Assembly (NCBI GenBank): GCA_035266525.1
Contig: DATFNF010000020.1
Coordinates: forward strand, 35,326-99,325
Direction of reading: 5' to 3'
DNA length: 64,000 nt
Source: Trueperaceae bacterium
GTDB lineage: Bacteria; Deinococcota; Deinococci; Deinococcales; Trueperaceae
A model generated the notes under the pieces. That model saw only the letters and a list, made by a program, of their open reading frames with translations. It did not search any database and was not told the DNA's origin. How positions within the stretch are numbered: position 1 is the stretch's first letter; each line of letters opens with the position of its first letter. Of this stretch, positions 1-8,053 are shown one piece after another. The position numbers were made by a program, and so were the translations under genes.

Positions 1-312
1 CAGGTGGACCAGCACCTCACGGTCCTGATCGCGGGTCAGGGCGTCGGCTTCGAGCACATCGATCTCGGTGTCGGTGACGGCCTCCGCGAAGTAGCGTCGC
101 ACCTCCCCGGTGAGCGCCTCCTCGCCGAAGAAGCCGCCCGGCTTCACGTAGCGCAAGGTCAGGCCGTTCCCCTCGTCGTCGACCATGTGGATCCGCACCA
201 GGCCGCTACGGACGCGGAAGAGGTACTCCGGGCCGCCAGGGAAGAGCACCACCTCGCCCGCCTGATGACCGCGAACGTCCACCAGGTCCGTGCCGCTGAA
301 GGATTGGCTCAT
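1..312 (-). CDS. Crp/Fnr-family transcriptional regulator, N-terminal part only (gene runs off the left edge)
   Basis: Own translation of the minus strand from ATG 312: MSQSFSGTDLVDVRGHQAGEVVLFPGGPEYLFRVRSGLVRIHMVDDEGNGLTLRYVKPGGFFGEEALTGEVRRYFAEAVTDTEIDVLEADAL. This is the cNMP-binding beta-roll pattern (GGFFGEEAL) of Crp/Fnr proteins. It is absent from the ORF track because no stop lies inside the window. Confidence 0.6.
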   Translation of the reverse strand, partial: MSQSFSGTDLVDVRGHQAGEVVLFPGGPEYLFRVRSGLVRIHMVDDEGNGLTLRYVKPGGFFGEEALTGEVRRYFAEAVTDTEIDVLEADALTRDQDREVLVHL

Positions 313-353
313 GACGTCCGCCTGCCTTCCCGTCTCCCCACGAACCCCCGGCC

Positions 354-374
354 TTTGTGAGGCCCGCCCACAAA
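354..374. promoter_or_regulatory. Candidate operator: inverted repeat TTTGTG-N9-CACAAA
   Basis: Perfect 6-bp arms (354-359 and 369-374) in the divergent crp-like/mpgS intergenic region. It contains the TGTG...CACA core of Crp-family sites, but with one extra spacer base. Confidence 0.35.
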
Positions 375-413
375 TGGAGGATACCGCCGGTCGGCCGGGA
401 CGGAAAACGCGCA

Positions 414-425
414 CGTTACGTAACG
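414..425. promoter_or_regulatory. Candidate operator: perfect 12-bp palindrome CGTTACGTAACG
   Basis: Self-complementary AT-richer 12-mer in a very GC-rich context. It lies about 20 bp upstream of the TACAAT -10 box of mpgS, in the -35 position. Confidence 0.3.
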
Positions 426-445
426 GCCGGGCACGGCCTCTCCGC

Positions 446-451
446 TACAAT
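446..451 (+). promoter_or_regulatory. Candidate -10 box TACAAT for mpgS-mpgP
   Basis: TACAAT lies 31 nt upstream of the GTG 483 start. It is followed by the SD GGGAGGA at 471-477. Confidence 0.35.
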
Positions 452-482
452 GGACTCCCACGCCGTTTGCGGGAGGACACGG

Positions 483-1676
483 GTGCGCATCGAGGTACCG
501 CGGGAGGCCGAACGGCTCGGCGCGACGCTCTTCTATGGCGTTCAGCGCGTCTACGAGCTCGACGCCGGTCTGGTGCGTGCGCCTGCCGGCGCGCTGGACC
601 AGATCATCGCCCCGGTGGCCTACGAGGCCATCGAGGCGGTGTGCAGCTCGATGGCCGTGGTGGTGCCCGTCCGCGGCGAGCGGATCAAGCTCCTGGAGGG
701 GGTCCTGGCCGGCATCCCGCACGCCTGCCTGGTGATCGTGGTCTCCAACAGCGAGCGCGAGCCGATCGACCGCTTCACGCTCGAGCTGAATGCCGTGCTG
801 AGGTACCGGCGCTTCACGGGGAAGCGCATCGTCATGGTGCACCAGAAGGACCGCGCCATCGGCGAGGGCCTGGCGCGCGGCGGGCTCGCCGAGCTGCTGG
901 GAGACGACGGCCGCGTCAAGGACGGCAAGGCGGAGGGGATGATGGTCGCCACGCTGCTGGCGGCGCTCGCCGGCAAGCGCTACATCGGCTTCATCGACGC
1001 GGACAACTACATCCCGGGAGCGGTCCACGAGTACGTGCGCGAGTTCGCCGCGGGCCTGCTGTTCCGGCGCTCGGACTACGCCATGGTGCGCATCAACTGG
1101 CACAGCAAGCCCAAGATCGTCCGCGACGCGCTCTTCTTCGCCAAGCTCGGCCGCGCCACCGTGGTCACCAATCGCTTCCTGAACGCACTCATCGGCTACT
1201 ACACCGGTTTCGAGACCGAGGTCATCCGCACCGGCAACGCCGGAGAGCACGCCATGACCATGGAGCTGGCGATGAAGCTGGGGTACGCCTCGGGGTACGC
1301 CGTCGAGACGCGGCACTTCCTGGACCTGCTGGAGCGTTTCGGAAGCATCCTGGAGAACCCGACGCCGGACGTGCTCGACAAGTACGTCGAGGTCTTCCAG
1401 ATCGAGTCGCGCAACCCGCATCTGCACGACATCGGCAAGGGGGAGGCCCACATCGGGGCGATGCTGCTGGCCTCGCTCGGCGTGATCCACGCCTCGCCCA
1501 TCTGCCCGGCCGAGCTGGCCGAGGAGATCCGCCTCGAACTGCGGCGCCGGCGCCTGCTCGGCAAGGAGACCGCGCCGCCCGCGCCGCTGCTCTACCCGCC
1601 GCTGGAGCGGCTGGCATTGGAGCCGTTCGCGGAGGCGGTCGCCGACCAGCCGTTCGTCGGCGCCCTCATGGAGTGA
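483..1676 (+). CDS. mpgS: Mannosyl-3-phosphoglycerate synthase (GT55 type)
   Basis: Track ORF 357..1676. By eye the product matches Thermus/Rhodothermus/Pyrococcus MpgS (VRIEVPREAERLG, VVPVRGERIKLLEGVLAGIPH, FIDADNYIPGAV). I moved the start to GTG 483 for three reasons: GGGAGGA lies 5 nt upstream, the -10 box overlaps the earlier ATG 450, and as I recall homologues begin with MRLEIP-like residues. Confidence 0.88.
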   Translation: MRIEVPREAERLGATLFYGVQRVYELDAGLVRAPAGALDQIIAPVAYEAIEAVCSSMAVVVPVRGERIKLLEGVLAGIPHACLVIVVSNSEREPIDRFTLELNAVLRYRRFTGKRIVMVHQKDRAIGEGLARGGLAELLGDDGRVKDGKAEGMMVATLLAALAGKRYIGFIDADNYIPGAVHEYVREFAAGLLFRRSDYAMVRINWHSKPKIVRDALFFAKLGRATVVTNRFLNALIGYYTGFETEVIRTGNAGEHAMTMELAMKLGYASGYAVETRHFLDLLERFGSILENPTPDVLDKYVEVFQIESRNPHLHDIGKGEAHIGAMLLASLGVIHASPICPAELAEEIRLELRRRRLLGKETAPPAPLLYPPLERLALEPFAEAVADQPFVGALME

Positions 1677-2491
1677 GCACGACGTCGCATCGCCCGCCCC
1701 CGTTCGTGGTGTTCAGCGACCTCGACGGCACCCTGCTCGACGACGCCTACCGGCCGGGGCCCGCCCCTGGCGCGCTGGCGCGGCTGCGCGGCGCCGGCGC
1801 CGAGGTGGTGCTGTGCTCGTCCAAGACGCGCAGCGAGCAGGAGGCGTGGCGGGCCGCCCTGGGCGTCACGGGCCCGTTCGTGGTGGAGAACGGCTCGGCC
1901 GTGCTGGTGCCGCTTCCGTGCCCCGATCTGGAGGTCAGGTCCGGCCTCGGGGTGCACGTCCTGGGCGTATCGGCTGAACGGTGCCGCGCCGCCGTGCGCG
2001 AGGCGCGTGAGCGGGCGGAGGCGCCCTGCCGCGGGTTCCGGGAGATGACCCCCGGGGAGGTGGCCGCCGCCACGGGCTTGGAGCCGGCGGCCGCCGTCCG
2101 GGCCCGCGACCGCGAGTACAGCGAGACCCTGGTCGGTCTCACGCCGGCGGCCGCCGCGCGCCTCGCGGCCGCCCTCGCGCCGCACGGGCTGCAGCTCGTC
2201 CCGGGCGGCCGCCACCACACCGTCACCGGCGCCGGGGCAGACAAGGGTGCCGCGCTGCGGTGGCTGGCGGCACGCCTGCGCCGCGACCTCGAGGCCCCCG
2301 ACCTTCCCGTGATAGCCGTGGGCGACAGTGAGAACGACGTGCCCATGCTGGCCGCCGCGGACCGGGCGTTCCTGGTGGCGCGCAGCGATGGCCACTGGCC
2401 CGAGGCGCCGGGCGCGCGCCGCCTCTCCGGTGTGGGCCCGCACGGCTTCGTCGAGCTCGTCGACCTCCTGCTGCAGGAGCTCCGCGCCTGA
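1673..2491 (+). CDS. mpgP: Mannosyl-3-phosphoglycerate phosphatase (HAD superfamily, YedP/MpgP type)
   Basis: In the frame of track ORF 290..2491. HAD motifs FSDLDGTLL, CSSKT and GDSENDVPML. GTG 1673 overlaps the mpgS stop (GTGA). Confidence 0.85.
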   Translation: MSTTSHRPPPFVVFSDLDGTLLDDAYRPGPAPGALARLRGAGAEVVLCSSKTRSEQEAWRAALGVTGPFVVENGSAVLVPLPCPDLEVRSGLGVHVLGVSAERCRAAVREARERAEAPCRGFREMTPGEVAAATGLEPAAAVRARDREYSETLVGLTPAAAARLAAALAPHGLQLVPGGRHHTVTGAGADKGAALRWLAARLRRDLEAPDLPVIAVGDSENDVPMLAAADRAFLVARSDGHWPEAPGARRLSGVGPHGFVELVDLLLQELRA

Positions 2492-2500
2492 GCGGCGCGG
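2482..2500. terminator. Small GC hairpin between convergent mpgP and ychF
   Basis: CCGCGCC (2482-2488) pairs with GGCGCGG (2494-2500) around a 5-nt loop that contains the mpgP stop codon. Only 16 nt separate the two stop codons. Confidence 0.3.
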
Positions 2501-2507
2501 CGAGCGG

Positions 2508-3593
2508 TCACACGTTGAACAGGAAGTGCATCACGTCGCCGTCCTCGACGACGTAGTCCTTGCCTTCGGTGCGCAGCCAACCGCGGCTGCGGGCCGCCGC
2601 GATGGAGCCGGCCTCGACGAGCCTGTCCCAGGCGATGACCTCGGCCCGGATGAAGCCCCGCTCGAAGTCGCTGTGGATGACGCCTGCGGCCTCTGGCGCA
2701 CGCGCGCCGCGCCTGACCGTCCAGGCACGGACCTCCTTCTCGCCCGCGGTCAGGAAGGTGAGAAGCCCCAAGGTGTGGTAGCCCACCGCGATCAGGCGCT
2801 CCAGGCCCGGGCGCTCCAGCCCCATGTCGGCCAGGAAGGCCCGCGCATCCTCGTCGCTGAGGTCGGTGAGCTCCTCCTCGATCCGCGCCGAGATCACCAC
2901 CACGTCGGCGCCCTCCTCGGCGGCCACCGCGCGGACCTCGTCCACGTAGTCGTTGCCATCGGGGAGTGCGTCCTCGGAGACGTTGCAGACGTAGATCACC
3001 GGTTTGGCGGTGAGAAGGTTCAGGTCGGGCGGCAGCTCCACGCCTGCCGCTCTCGCCGGAACGCCGTCCGACAGGCCGGCCAGCACGCTCTCCAAGGCGG
3101 GCAGCAGGGCGGCGTCCTCGGCGTTGCCCTTGGCGCTCCGGCGCAGCCTGTCGAGCCGTCTCTCCAAGGTGGCGATGTCGGCCAGGGCCAGCTCGGTCCG
3201 GACGGTCTCGATGTCGTCCCTCGGTGCGACCTGGCCCGACACGTGGACCACGTTCGGGTCGTCGAAACAGCGCACCACGTGGGCGACGGCCGCCACCTCG
3301 CGGATGTTGGCCAGGAACTGGTTGCCGAGGCCCTCACCGCGGCTGGCGCCGCGCACCAGCCCCGCGATGTCGACGAACTCCACGCTGGTGGGCACGAGTG
3401 GCGGGACCCGCTCCCCCTTGACGTAGAGCGCCTGCAGCGCTTCCAGCCGCGCGTCCGGCACCGCCACCACGCCGACGTTCTTGTCGATGGTGGCGAACGG
3501 GTAGTTGGCGGCCTCCACGCTCGCCCGGGTGATGGCGTTGAAGAGCGTGCTCTTGCCGACGTTGGGGAGTCCGACGATTCCGATGCCCAGCAT
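2508..3593 (-). CDS. ychF: Redox-regulated ribosome-binding ATPase YchF
   Basis: Track ORF 2508..3848, trimmed to ATG 3593 (MLGIGIVGLPNVGKSTLFNA). P-loop GLPNVGKS and C-terminus DGDVMHFLFNV are typical of YchF/OLA1. GGAG lies 5 nt upstream of the ATG. Confidence 0.93.
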   Translation of the reverse strand: MLGIGIVGLPNVGKSTLFNAITRASVEAANYPFATIDKNVGVVAVPDARLEALQALYVKGERVPPLVPTSVEFVDIAGLVRGASRGEGLGNQFLANIREVAAVAHVVRCFDDPNVVHVSGQVAPRDDIETVRTELALADIATLERRLDRLRRSAKGNAEDAALLPALESVLAGLSDGVPARAAGVELPPDLNLLTAKPVIYVCNVSEDALPDGNDYVDEVRAVAAEEGADVVVISARIEEELTDLSDEDARAFLADMGLERPGLERLIAVGYHTLGLLTFLTAGEKEVRAWTVRRGARAPEAAGVIHSDFERGFIRAEVIAWDRLVEAGSIAAARSRGWLRTEGKDYVVEDGDVMHFLFNV

Positions 3594-3644
3594 GTTCGCT
3601 CCGTTGCCCGCGCGGACGCACAGCGCGCCCGGGGCCGAGTGAGG

Positions 3645-3650
3645 ATTGTA
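3645..3650 (-). promoter_or_regulatory. Candidate -10 box TACAAT for ychF
   Basis: The minus strand reads GCGTTACAAT, 51 nt upstream of the ychF ATG. It sits back-to-back with the plus-strand -10 box at 3662-3667. Confidence 0.3.
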
Positions 3651-3658
3651 ACGCATGG

Positions 3659-3667
3659 TGGTAGGAT
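3659..3667 (+). promoter_or_regulatory. Candidate extended -10 promoter TGGTAGGAT
   Basis: TGn plus TAGGAT. An ATG (3675) lies exactly 7 nt downstream, the geometry of a leaderless transcript. Confidence 0.4.
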
Positions 3668-3674
3668 CGCGGCC

Positions 3675-3749
3675 ATGACGCAGATCGGGACGTCCTCGCA
3701 GCGCCAGCTCCGCCGCCCGGTCGGGCGGGGCGTACCGCCGTGCCCGTGA
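3675..3749 (+). CDS. Candidate leaderless 24-codon upstream ORF coupled to thrC
   Basis: MTQIGTSSQRQLRRPVGRGVPPCP. The ATG is 7 nt after the -10 box and has no SD. Its TGA (3747-3749) overlaps the GTG 3746 of thrC as GTGA. Confidence 0.3.
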   Translation: MTQIGTSSQRQLRRPVGRGVPPCP

Positions 3750-5047
3750 GCTTCCACAGCACGCGCGCGGCCGCCGGACAGGGCGGCGTCGACTTCGAGA
3801 CCGCCCTGCTGCGCGGTCTCGCCCCGGACGGAGGGCTCTACCTGCCACGGCCCGTGCCGCCGCTCCCGCCGGGGTGGCGGGAGGCGCGGTCGCTGGCGGA
3901 CCTGGCCGCGCGGGTGCTGCCGCCTTATCTCGGGACGACGAGGGAAGCCGTCGAGCCGCTGCTGCAGGCGGCGCTCGACTTCCCCGTGCCGCTCACCCGG
4001 CTTCCCCGCGAGCGCTCCGTCCTGGAGCTGTTCCATGGACCGACGCTGGCCTTCAAGGACGTGGGCGCCCGCACCATGGCGCGGCTGATGGCGGGCGCCG
4101 CCGCCCGCCGGGACGAGCGCCTGACCGTTCTGGTAGCCACCTCGGGGGACACCGGCAGCGCGGTCGCCGACGCCTTCAAGGGCTTCGAGCGGGTGCGCGT
4201 CGCGCTGCTCTATCCCGAGGGCATGGTCAGCGAGATGCAGGAGCGGCAGCTCGCCGCCGCCCGGCCTGGCGTGCAGGCCTACCGGGTCCGCGGCTCGTTC
4301 GACGACTGTCAGCGCCTGGTCAAGGGCGCCTTCGGCGACCCGGAGCTCGCCGGGGTCCGGCTCTCCAGCGCCAACTCCATCAACGTCGGGCGGTTGCTGC
4401 CGCAGGCGCTCTATTACCTCTGGGGCGCGCTGCAGCTCGCGCAGCGGGAGGGCGACGGTGCGGCGCCGGTGATCGTCGTGCCCAGCGGCAACCTCGGCAA
4501 CCTCACGGGCGGCGTCCTGGCGAGCCGCATGGGCCTCGAGGTCGGCCGTTTCCTGGCGGCCCACAACGTCAACGACTACTTCCCCGACTACCTGGCGGGA
4601 CGGGCCGAAGCCTACGCCTTCCGGGTCACGCGCGCCACGCTCTCAAACGCCATGGACGTGGGCGCACCCTCGAACTTCGAGCGGCTGCTGGCGCTGCTCG
4701 GGGAGGACCTCCCGGAACGCGTGTGGGGCGTGAGCGTGGACGACGACGCCACGCTCGCGAGGATGCGCGCCAGCGACGCGGAGGACGGCTACCTGCCGTG
4801 CCCGCACACCGCGGTGGCGCTGGAGGGGCTCGAGCGCTACCGAGCCCGCACCGGTGACGGCCGCCGGGCGATGGTGCTGGCGACGGCGCACCCGGCCAAG
4901 TTCCCCGACGCCGTCCGTCGCGCCACCGGCAGACCGGCACCCACCAGCCCCGTTCTGGAGGGACTGGCGTCCGCCGAGCGCAGCGTGATCCCGCTCGACC
5001 CCGAGCCCGCAGCGCTCCGCGAGGCCCTTCTCCGCTTCGCCGCGTAG
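3746..5047 (+). CDS. thrC: Threonine synthase
   Basis: Track ORF 3740..5047. Motifs: FHSTRAAAG...ALLRGLAPDGGLYLP, the PLP lysine motif HGPTLAFKDVG, and TSGDTGSA. I prefer GTG 3746 because it gives the canonical four residues before STR and forms GTGA with the upstream ORF stop. GTG 3740 is equally possible. Confidence 0.9.
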   Translation: MSFHSTRAAAGQGGVDFETALLRGLAPDGGLYLPRPVPPLPPGWREARSLADLAARVLPPYLGTTREAVEPLLQAALDFPVPLTRLPRERSVLELFHGPTLAFKDVGARTMARLMAGAAARRDERLTVLVATSGDTGSAVADAFKGFERVRVALLYPEGMVSEMQERQLAAARPGVQAYRVRGSFDDCQRLVKGAFGDPELAGVRLSSANSINVGRLLPQALYYLWGALQLAQREGDGAAPVIVVPSGNLGNLTGGVLASRMGLEVGRFLAAHNVNDYFPDYLAGRAEAYAFRVTRATLSNAMDVGAPSNFERLLALLGEDLPERVWGVSVDDDATLARMRASDAEDGYLPCPHTAVALEGLERYRARTGDGRRAMVLATAHPAKFPDAVRRATGRPAPTSPVLEGLASAERSVIPLDPEPAALREALLRFAA

Positions 5048-5114
5048 GCCGCCTGAGAAGCCGTCCGCACGCTCGCGGCTCGCCGTGCCGGCGGCTCGAG
5101 ATGGGCTGCGGCCC

Positions 5115-6005
5115 TCAGCGGCGCAGCGCGTAGGGCCCGGAGGGGTCCTCGCCGAGGTGGAGCACGCGCATCTCGCGCATCAGCTTGTGGAGGTGAGCGA
5201 GCAGGCTGCGCTCGGCGAGGTCGTGCGCGGGCCGCGGCAACGAGGGGTAGATGCGTTGCCGCAGCGTGCCCAGGTCGGTCGCGCCGGCCGCGAGCGCCCG
5301 CACGACCTGGCGTTCGCGCTCCCGGCGGTGCTCGCCCGCCTCGACCAGCTTGGCGTCGGGGTCGTCGACGAGCGGCCCGTGGCCCGGAGCGAGGCCGGCG
5401 GGCGCCAGCGCCCGCAGACGCTCCAGGCTCTCCAGGTAGTCGGCCACGTCGCCCTCGGGCGCGCCCACCCAGCTGGAGCCGCGCCCGGCCACCAGGTCGC
5501 CGGCCAGCGCCACGGCGTCCTCCTCCACCAGGAAGGCGAGGTGGCCCGGGCTGTGGCCCGGCGTGTGGACGCTGCGCACCGTGGCGTCGCCCACGGCGAT
5601 GCGGCGGTCGCCCGCCAGCGCGACCGTGCGCACCGCGCTCGTCAGGCGCTCGGCCTCCAGAGGGTGCACGTACACGGGGCAGTCGTCGTGCGCAGCGACC
5701 AGGGCCGCCACGCCCTCGACATGGTCGCGGTGGGTGTGGGTGAGCAGCACTGCCTTGAGCAGGCGCACGCCCGCCGCGGCCAGCGCCGCATCGGTGGCCC
5801 GCACGGCGTCCTCGTCCGGCGAGCCGGGGTCGACGACCACCGCCACCCCGTTGGACGCCACCAGGTACACGTTGATGTGATCGAAGGGGGGCAGCGTGCG
5901 GCTCGGCAGGCGCAGCCGCCACACGTGCTCGGAGATCCGTTCGGAGACGTGCTCGCTACCGTGGTCGCTGCCGTCGTGCGTGCCGCCGTAGGGGGCTGCC
6001 GTCAT
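5115..6005 (-). CDS. MBL-fold metallo-hydrolase
   Basis: Track ORF. Metal-binding motif THTHRDHVEG, later HTPGHSPGH. Confidence 0.85.
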   Translation of the reverse strand: MTAAPYGGTHDGSDHGSEHVSERISEHVWRLRLPSRTLPPFDHINVYLVASNGVAVVVDPGSPDEDAVRATDAALAAAGVRLLKAVLLTHTHRDHVEGVAALVAAHDDCPVYVHPLEAERLTSAVRTVALAGDRRIAVGDATVRSVHTPGHSPGHLAFLVEEDAVALAGDLVAGRGSSWVGAPEGDVADYLESLERLRALAPAGLAPGHGPLVDDPDAKLVEAGEHRRERERQVVRALAAGATDLGTLRQRIYPSLPRPAHDLAERSLLAHLHKLMREMRVLHLGEDPSGPYALRR

Positions 6006-6006
6006 G

Positions 6007-7056
6007 TCAGCGCCGGCGCAGCAGCGCCTCGGCTGCGGCGAGCGCGTCCTCCGGCGCGGCAGGAACGTCCGGGACGACGCCGCGACCTTCCCACGTGGGG
6101 CCGCCGATGGGCGCCAGCACGCCGGTGGCGATCCAGGCCTGCGAGCCGTCGGCGAGGCAGAAGGGCAGCACGGCCTCCACGTTGCCGGCGGTACGTGCGC
6201 CCACCACCGTGGCGCGCCCGTCCTTCTGGAGCGCGCCGGCGAGCCCCTCCGCGGCGCTGTTCACGTCGCCGTCGACGAGGACGGCCAGGGGCAGGCGTGT
6301 AGCCACCGGCCCGATCGCCGGGTAGGGCAGAGGCAAAGCCCAGCGCGTGACCACGCGCCACAGGAAGCCGGAGGTGAAGATCCCGGCGACGCGCATCATG
6401 GTCAGCAGGCGGCCGCCCGGGTTACCGCGCAGGTCGAGCACCAGCGCCCGCGCGCGCGCCGCCTGGAGCGTGCTCACCGCGTTGCGCACGCCGGAGCTGG
6501 TGCCGTCCGTGGCCAGGTCCGGCAGCCGGACGTAGCCGATACCGTCCGCGAGCATGCGGTAACCCACGTGGCCAAGCTGGCCATGGACGCCGTTGGGAGG
6601 GGCCTGCGGCGCGGCCGCCGGCTTCCCGCTCGCGGCCTGGGCCATGCCGAACACGCCCAGGCAGGGCAGGTCGCCATACTCGGCGTGCAGCTCGGCCACC
6701 TTGCTCGGCGGCACGAACGCGGTGTGGCCGTCGTTGATCCGGGCGTACATTGCCTGCAGCACGGCGTAGAAGGCCTGATCGTCGGGGGCGGCCAGCGCCT
6801 TCGGCCGGTACTCGCTGCGCATCGCCCGCCAGTCCACATCGAGCCCGCCCACGTCCCAGTAGCGCTGCTCCACCAGCTGCCAGGCGACGTCGAAGCGCTG
6901 GGCGTAATCGGCATGGACGTGGTCGGCGGGCGCCGCCGCCAGCGCCCCGCCCCAGGCGCTCAGGGCCAGCAGCAGCGCGGCCCACCACAGCGGCCGGCGC
7001 GGGCGTGCTCCGCGGCGGGCGAGCGCCCGCAGGCGTGCGCGCTCAGCCGCTGGCAC
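6007..7056 (-). CDS. S41-family (C-terminal processing) peptidase, secreted
   Basis: Track ORF 6007..7149. Motifs DLRGNPGGRL and VLVDGDVNSAAEG (Ser nucleophile region). N-terminal signal-like PLWWAALLLALSAWGGALAAA. The start is uncertain; GTG 7056 was chosen and overlaps the upstream kinase gene by 14 nt. Confidence 0.75.
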   Translation of the reverse strand: MPAAERARLRALARRGARPRRPLWWAALLLALSAWGGALAAAPADHVHADYAQRFDVAWQLVEQRYWDVGGLDVDWRAMRSEYRPKALAAPDDQAFYAVLQAMYARINDGHTAFVPPSKVAELHAEYGDLPCLGVFGMAQAASGKPAAAPQAPPNGVHGQLGHVGYRMLADGIGYVRLPDLATDGTSSGVRNAVSTLQAARARALVLDLRGNPGGRLLTMMRVAGIFTSGFLWRVVTRWALPLPYPAIGPVATRLPLAVLVDGDVNSAAEGLAGALQKDGRATVVGARTAGNVEAVLPFCLADGSQAWIATGVLAPIGGPTWEGRGVVPDVPAAPEDALAAAEALLRRR

Positions 7057-7987
7057 CGGCGAAGGCCGAGGCGTGCCGCTCCAACGTGTCGGCGTCCAGC
7101 AGCACGCTCTGCGCGCCGACCTTGGTGGTGTTGAGGGCCCCCGCGACATTGCCGAGCCTGGCGGCGGCCAGCAGGTCGTAGCCCTTCATGATGCCGTGGG
7201 CGAAGGCGGCGGTGTAGTAGTCGCCGGCGCCGGTGGAGTCCACTACGCCGTCGACGTCGTACGCCTCCACCAGCTCCGTCAGCTCCGGCGTGATGACGAT
7301 GCTGCCCATCGCCCCGACCTTGACGATGAGGCGCTCGATGCCGTGACGGTTGAGGCCCGACACGGCATCGGAGATCGACGACTCGCCGGTCAGGGTGTAG
7401 AGCTCCTGCTCGTTCATGAGCAGGTAGTCGACGTCCCGGACGAGGGAGATCAGGCGGTCCCTCAAGGCGTTGACCGCACCGCTGCCGAGGTCCACGAAGG
7501 TCGTCACCTTGGCGTCGCGGGCGTACCCTAGAGCCTGTACCGCGTACTCGCGCTGGCGCCCTCCGACCAGGCTGTAGGCGCTCATCACCAGCGCGTCGGC
7601 CGAGGCGATGGCGTCCTCCTCGAGCTCGGCCGAGTCCAGGTGGCGGCTGGCCCCGGCGGCGCTGATCATGGTGCGCTGCGCGTCCGGCGTGATGATCAGC
7701 GTCACGCTGCTGGTCTGCAAATGCTCGTCGATCTGCACCATGGCGTCCTTCACGCCCGCCTCGCGCACGTGCTTGAGCGCCAGCTCGGAGAAGGGGCCGG
7801 TCCCGACCCGGGTGGCGATGTGCACCTCGTTGCCGAGGCGACCGAGCACCGTCGCGATGGTGCCGCCGGCACCGCCCGGTTCCATGACCGCCCGCAGGGC
7901 GTTTACCTCGCCGCCCGGCTCGGGGAACTCCTGTACGAAGTACATCTGGTCGACGGTGGCATCGCCGACCACAACGAATCGTCCCAT
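7043..7987 (-). CDS. PfkB-family carbohydrate kinase
   Basis: Track ORF 7043..7990. Ribokinase-like motifs GGAGGTIA and DSTGAGDYYTAAF. I prefer ATG 7987 because GGAG lies 4 nt upstream. Confidence 0.85.
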   Translation of the reverse strand: MGRFVVVGDATVDQMYFVQEFPEPGGEVNALRAVMEPGGAGGTIATVLGRLGNEVHIATRVGTGPFSELALKHVREAGVKDAMVQIDEHLQTSSVTLIITPDAQRTMISAAGASRHLDSAELEEDAIASADALVMSAYSLVGGRQREYAVQALGYARDAKVTTFVDLGSGAVNALRDRLISLVRDVDYLLMNEQELYTLTGESSISDAVSGLNRHGIERLIVKVGAMGSIVITPELTELVEAYDVDGVVDSTGAGDYYTAAFAHGIMKGYDLLAAARLGNVAGALNTTKVGAQSVLLDADTLERHASAFAGASG

Positions 7988-8053
7988 CACACTCCAGACC
8001 CGGCCGTGGCCGGCGGGGTCGCTTTGTCGCTTAGGGCAGTATACCCAATCGCG

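Noticed and set aside
450-482. ATG 450 (MDSHAVCGRTR...) as the mpgS start.
   Set aside because: The ATG is embedded in the TACAAT -10-like box. A strong GGGAGGA SD precedes GTG 483. As I recall, homologous MpgS proteins begin at the MRLEIP-like position, which corresponds to VRIEVP.
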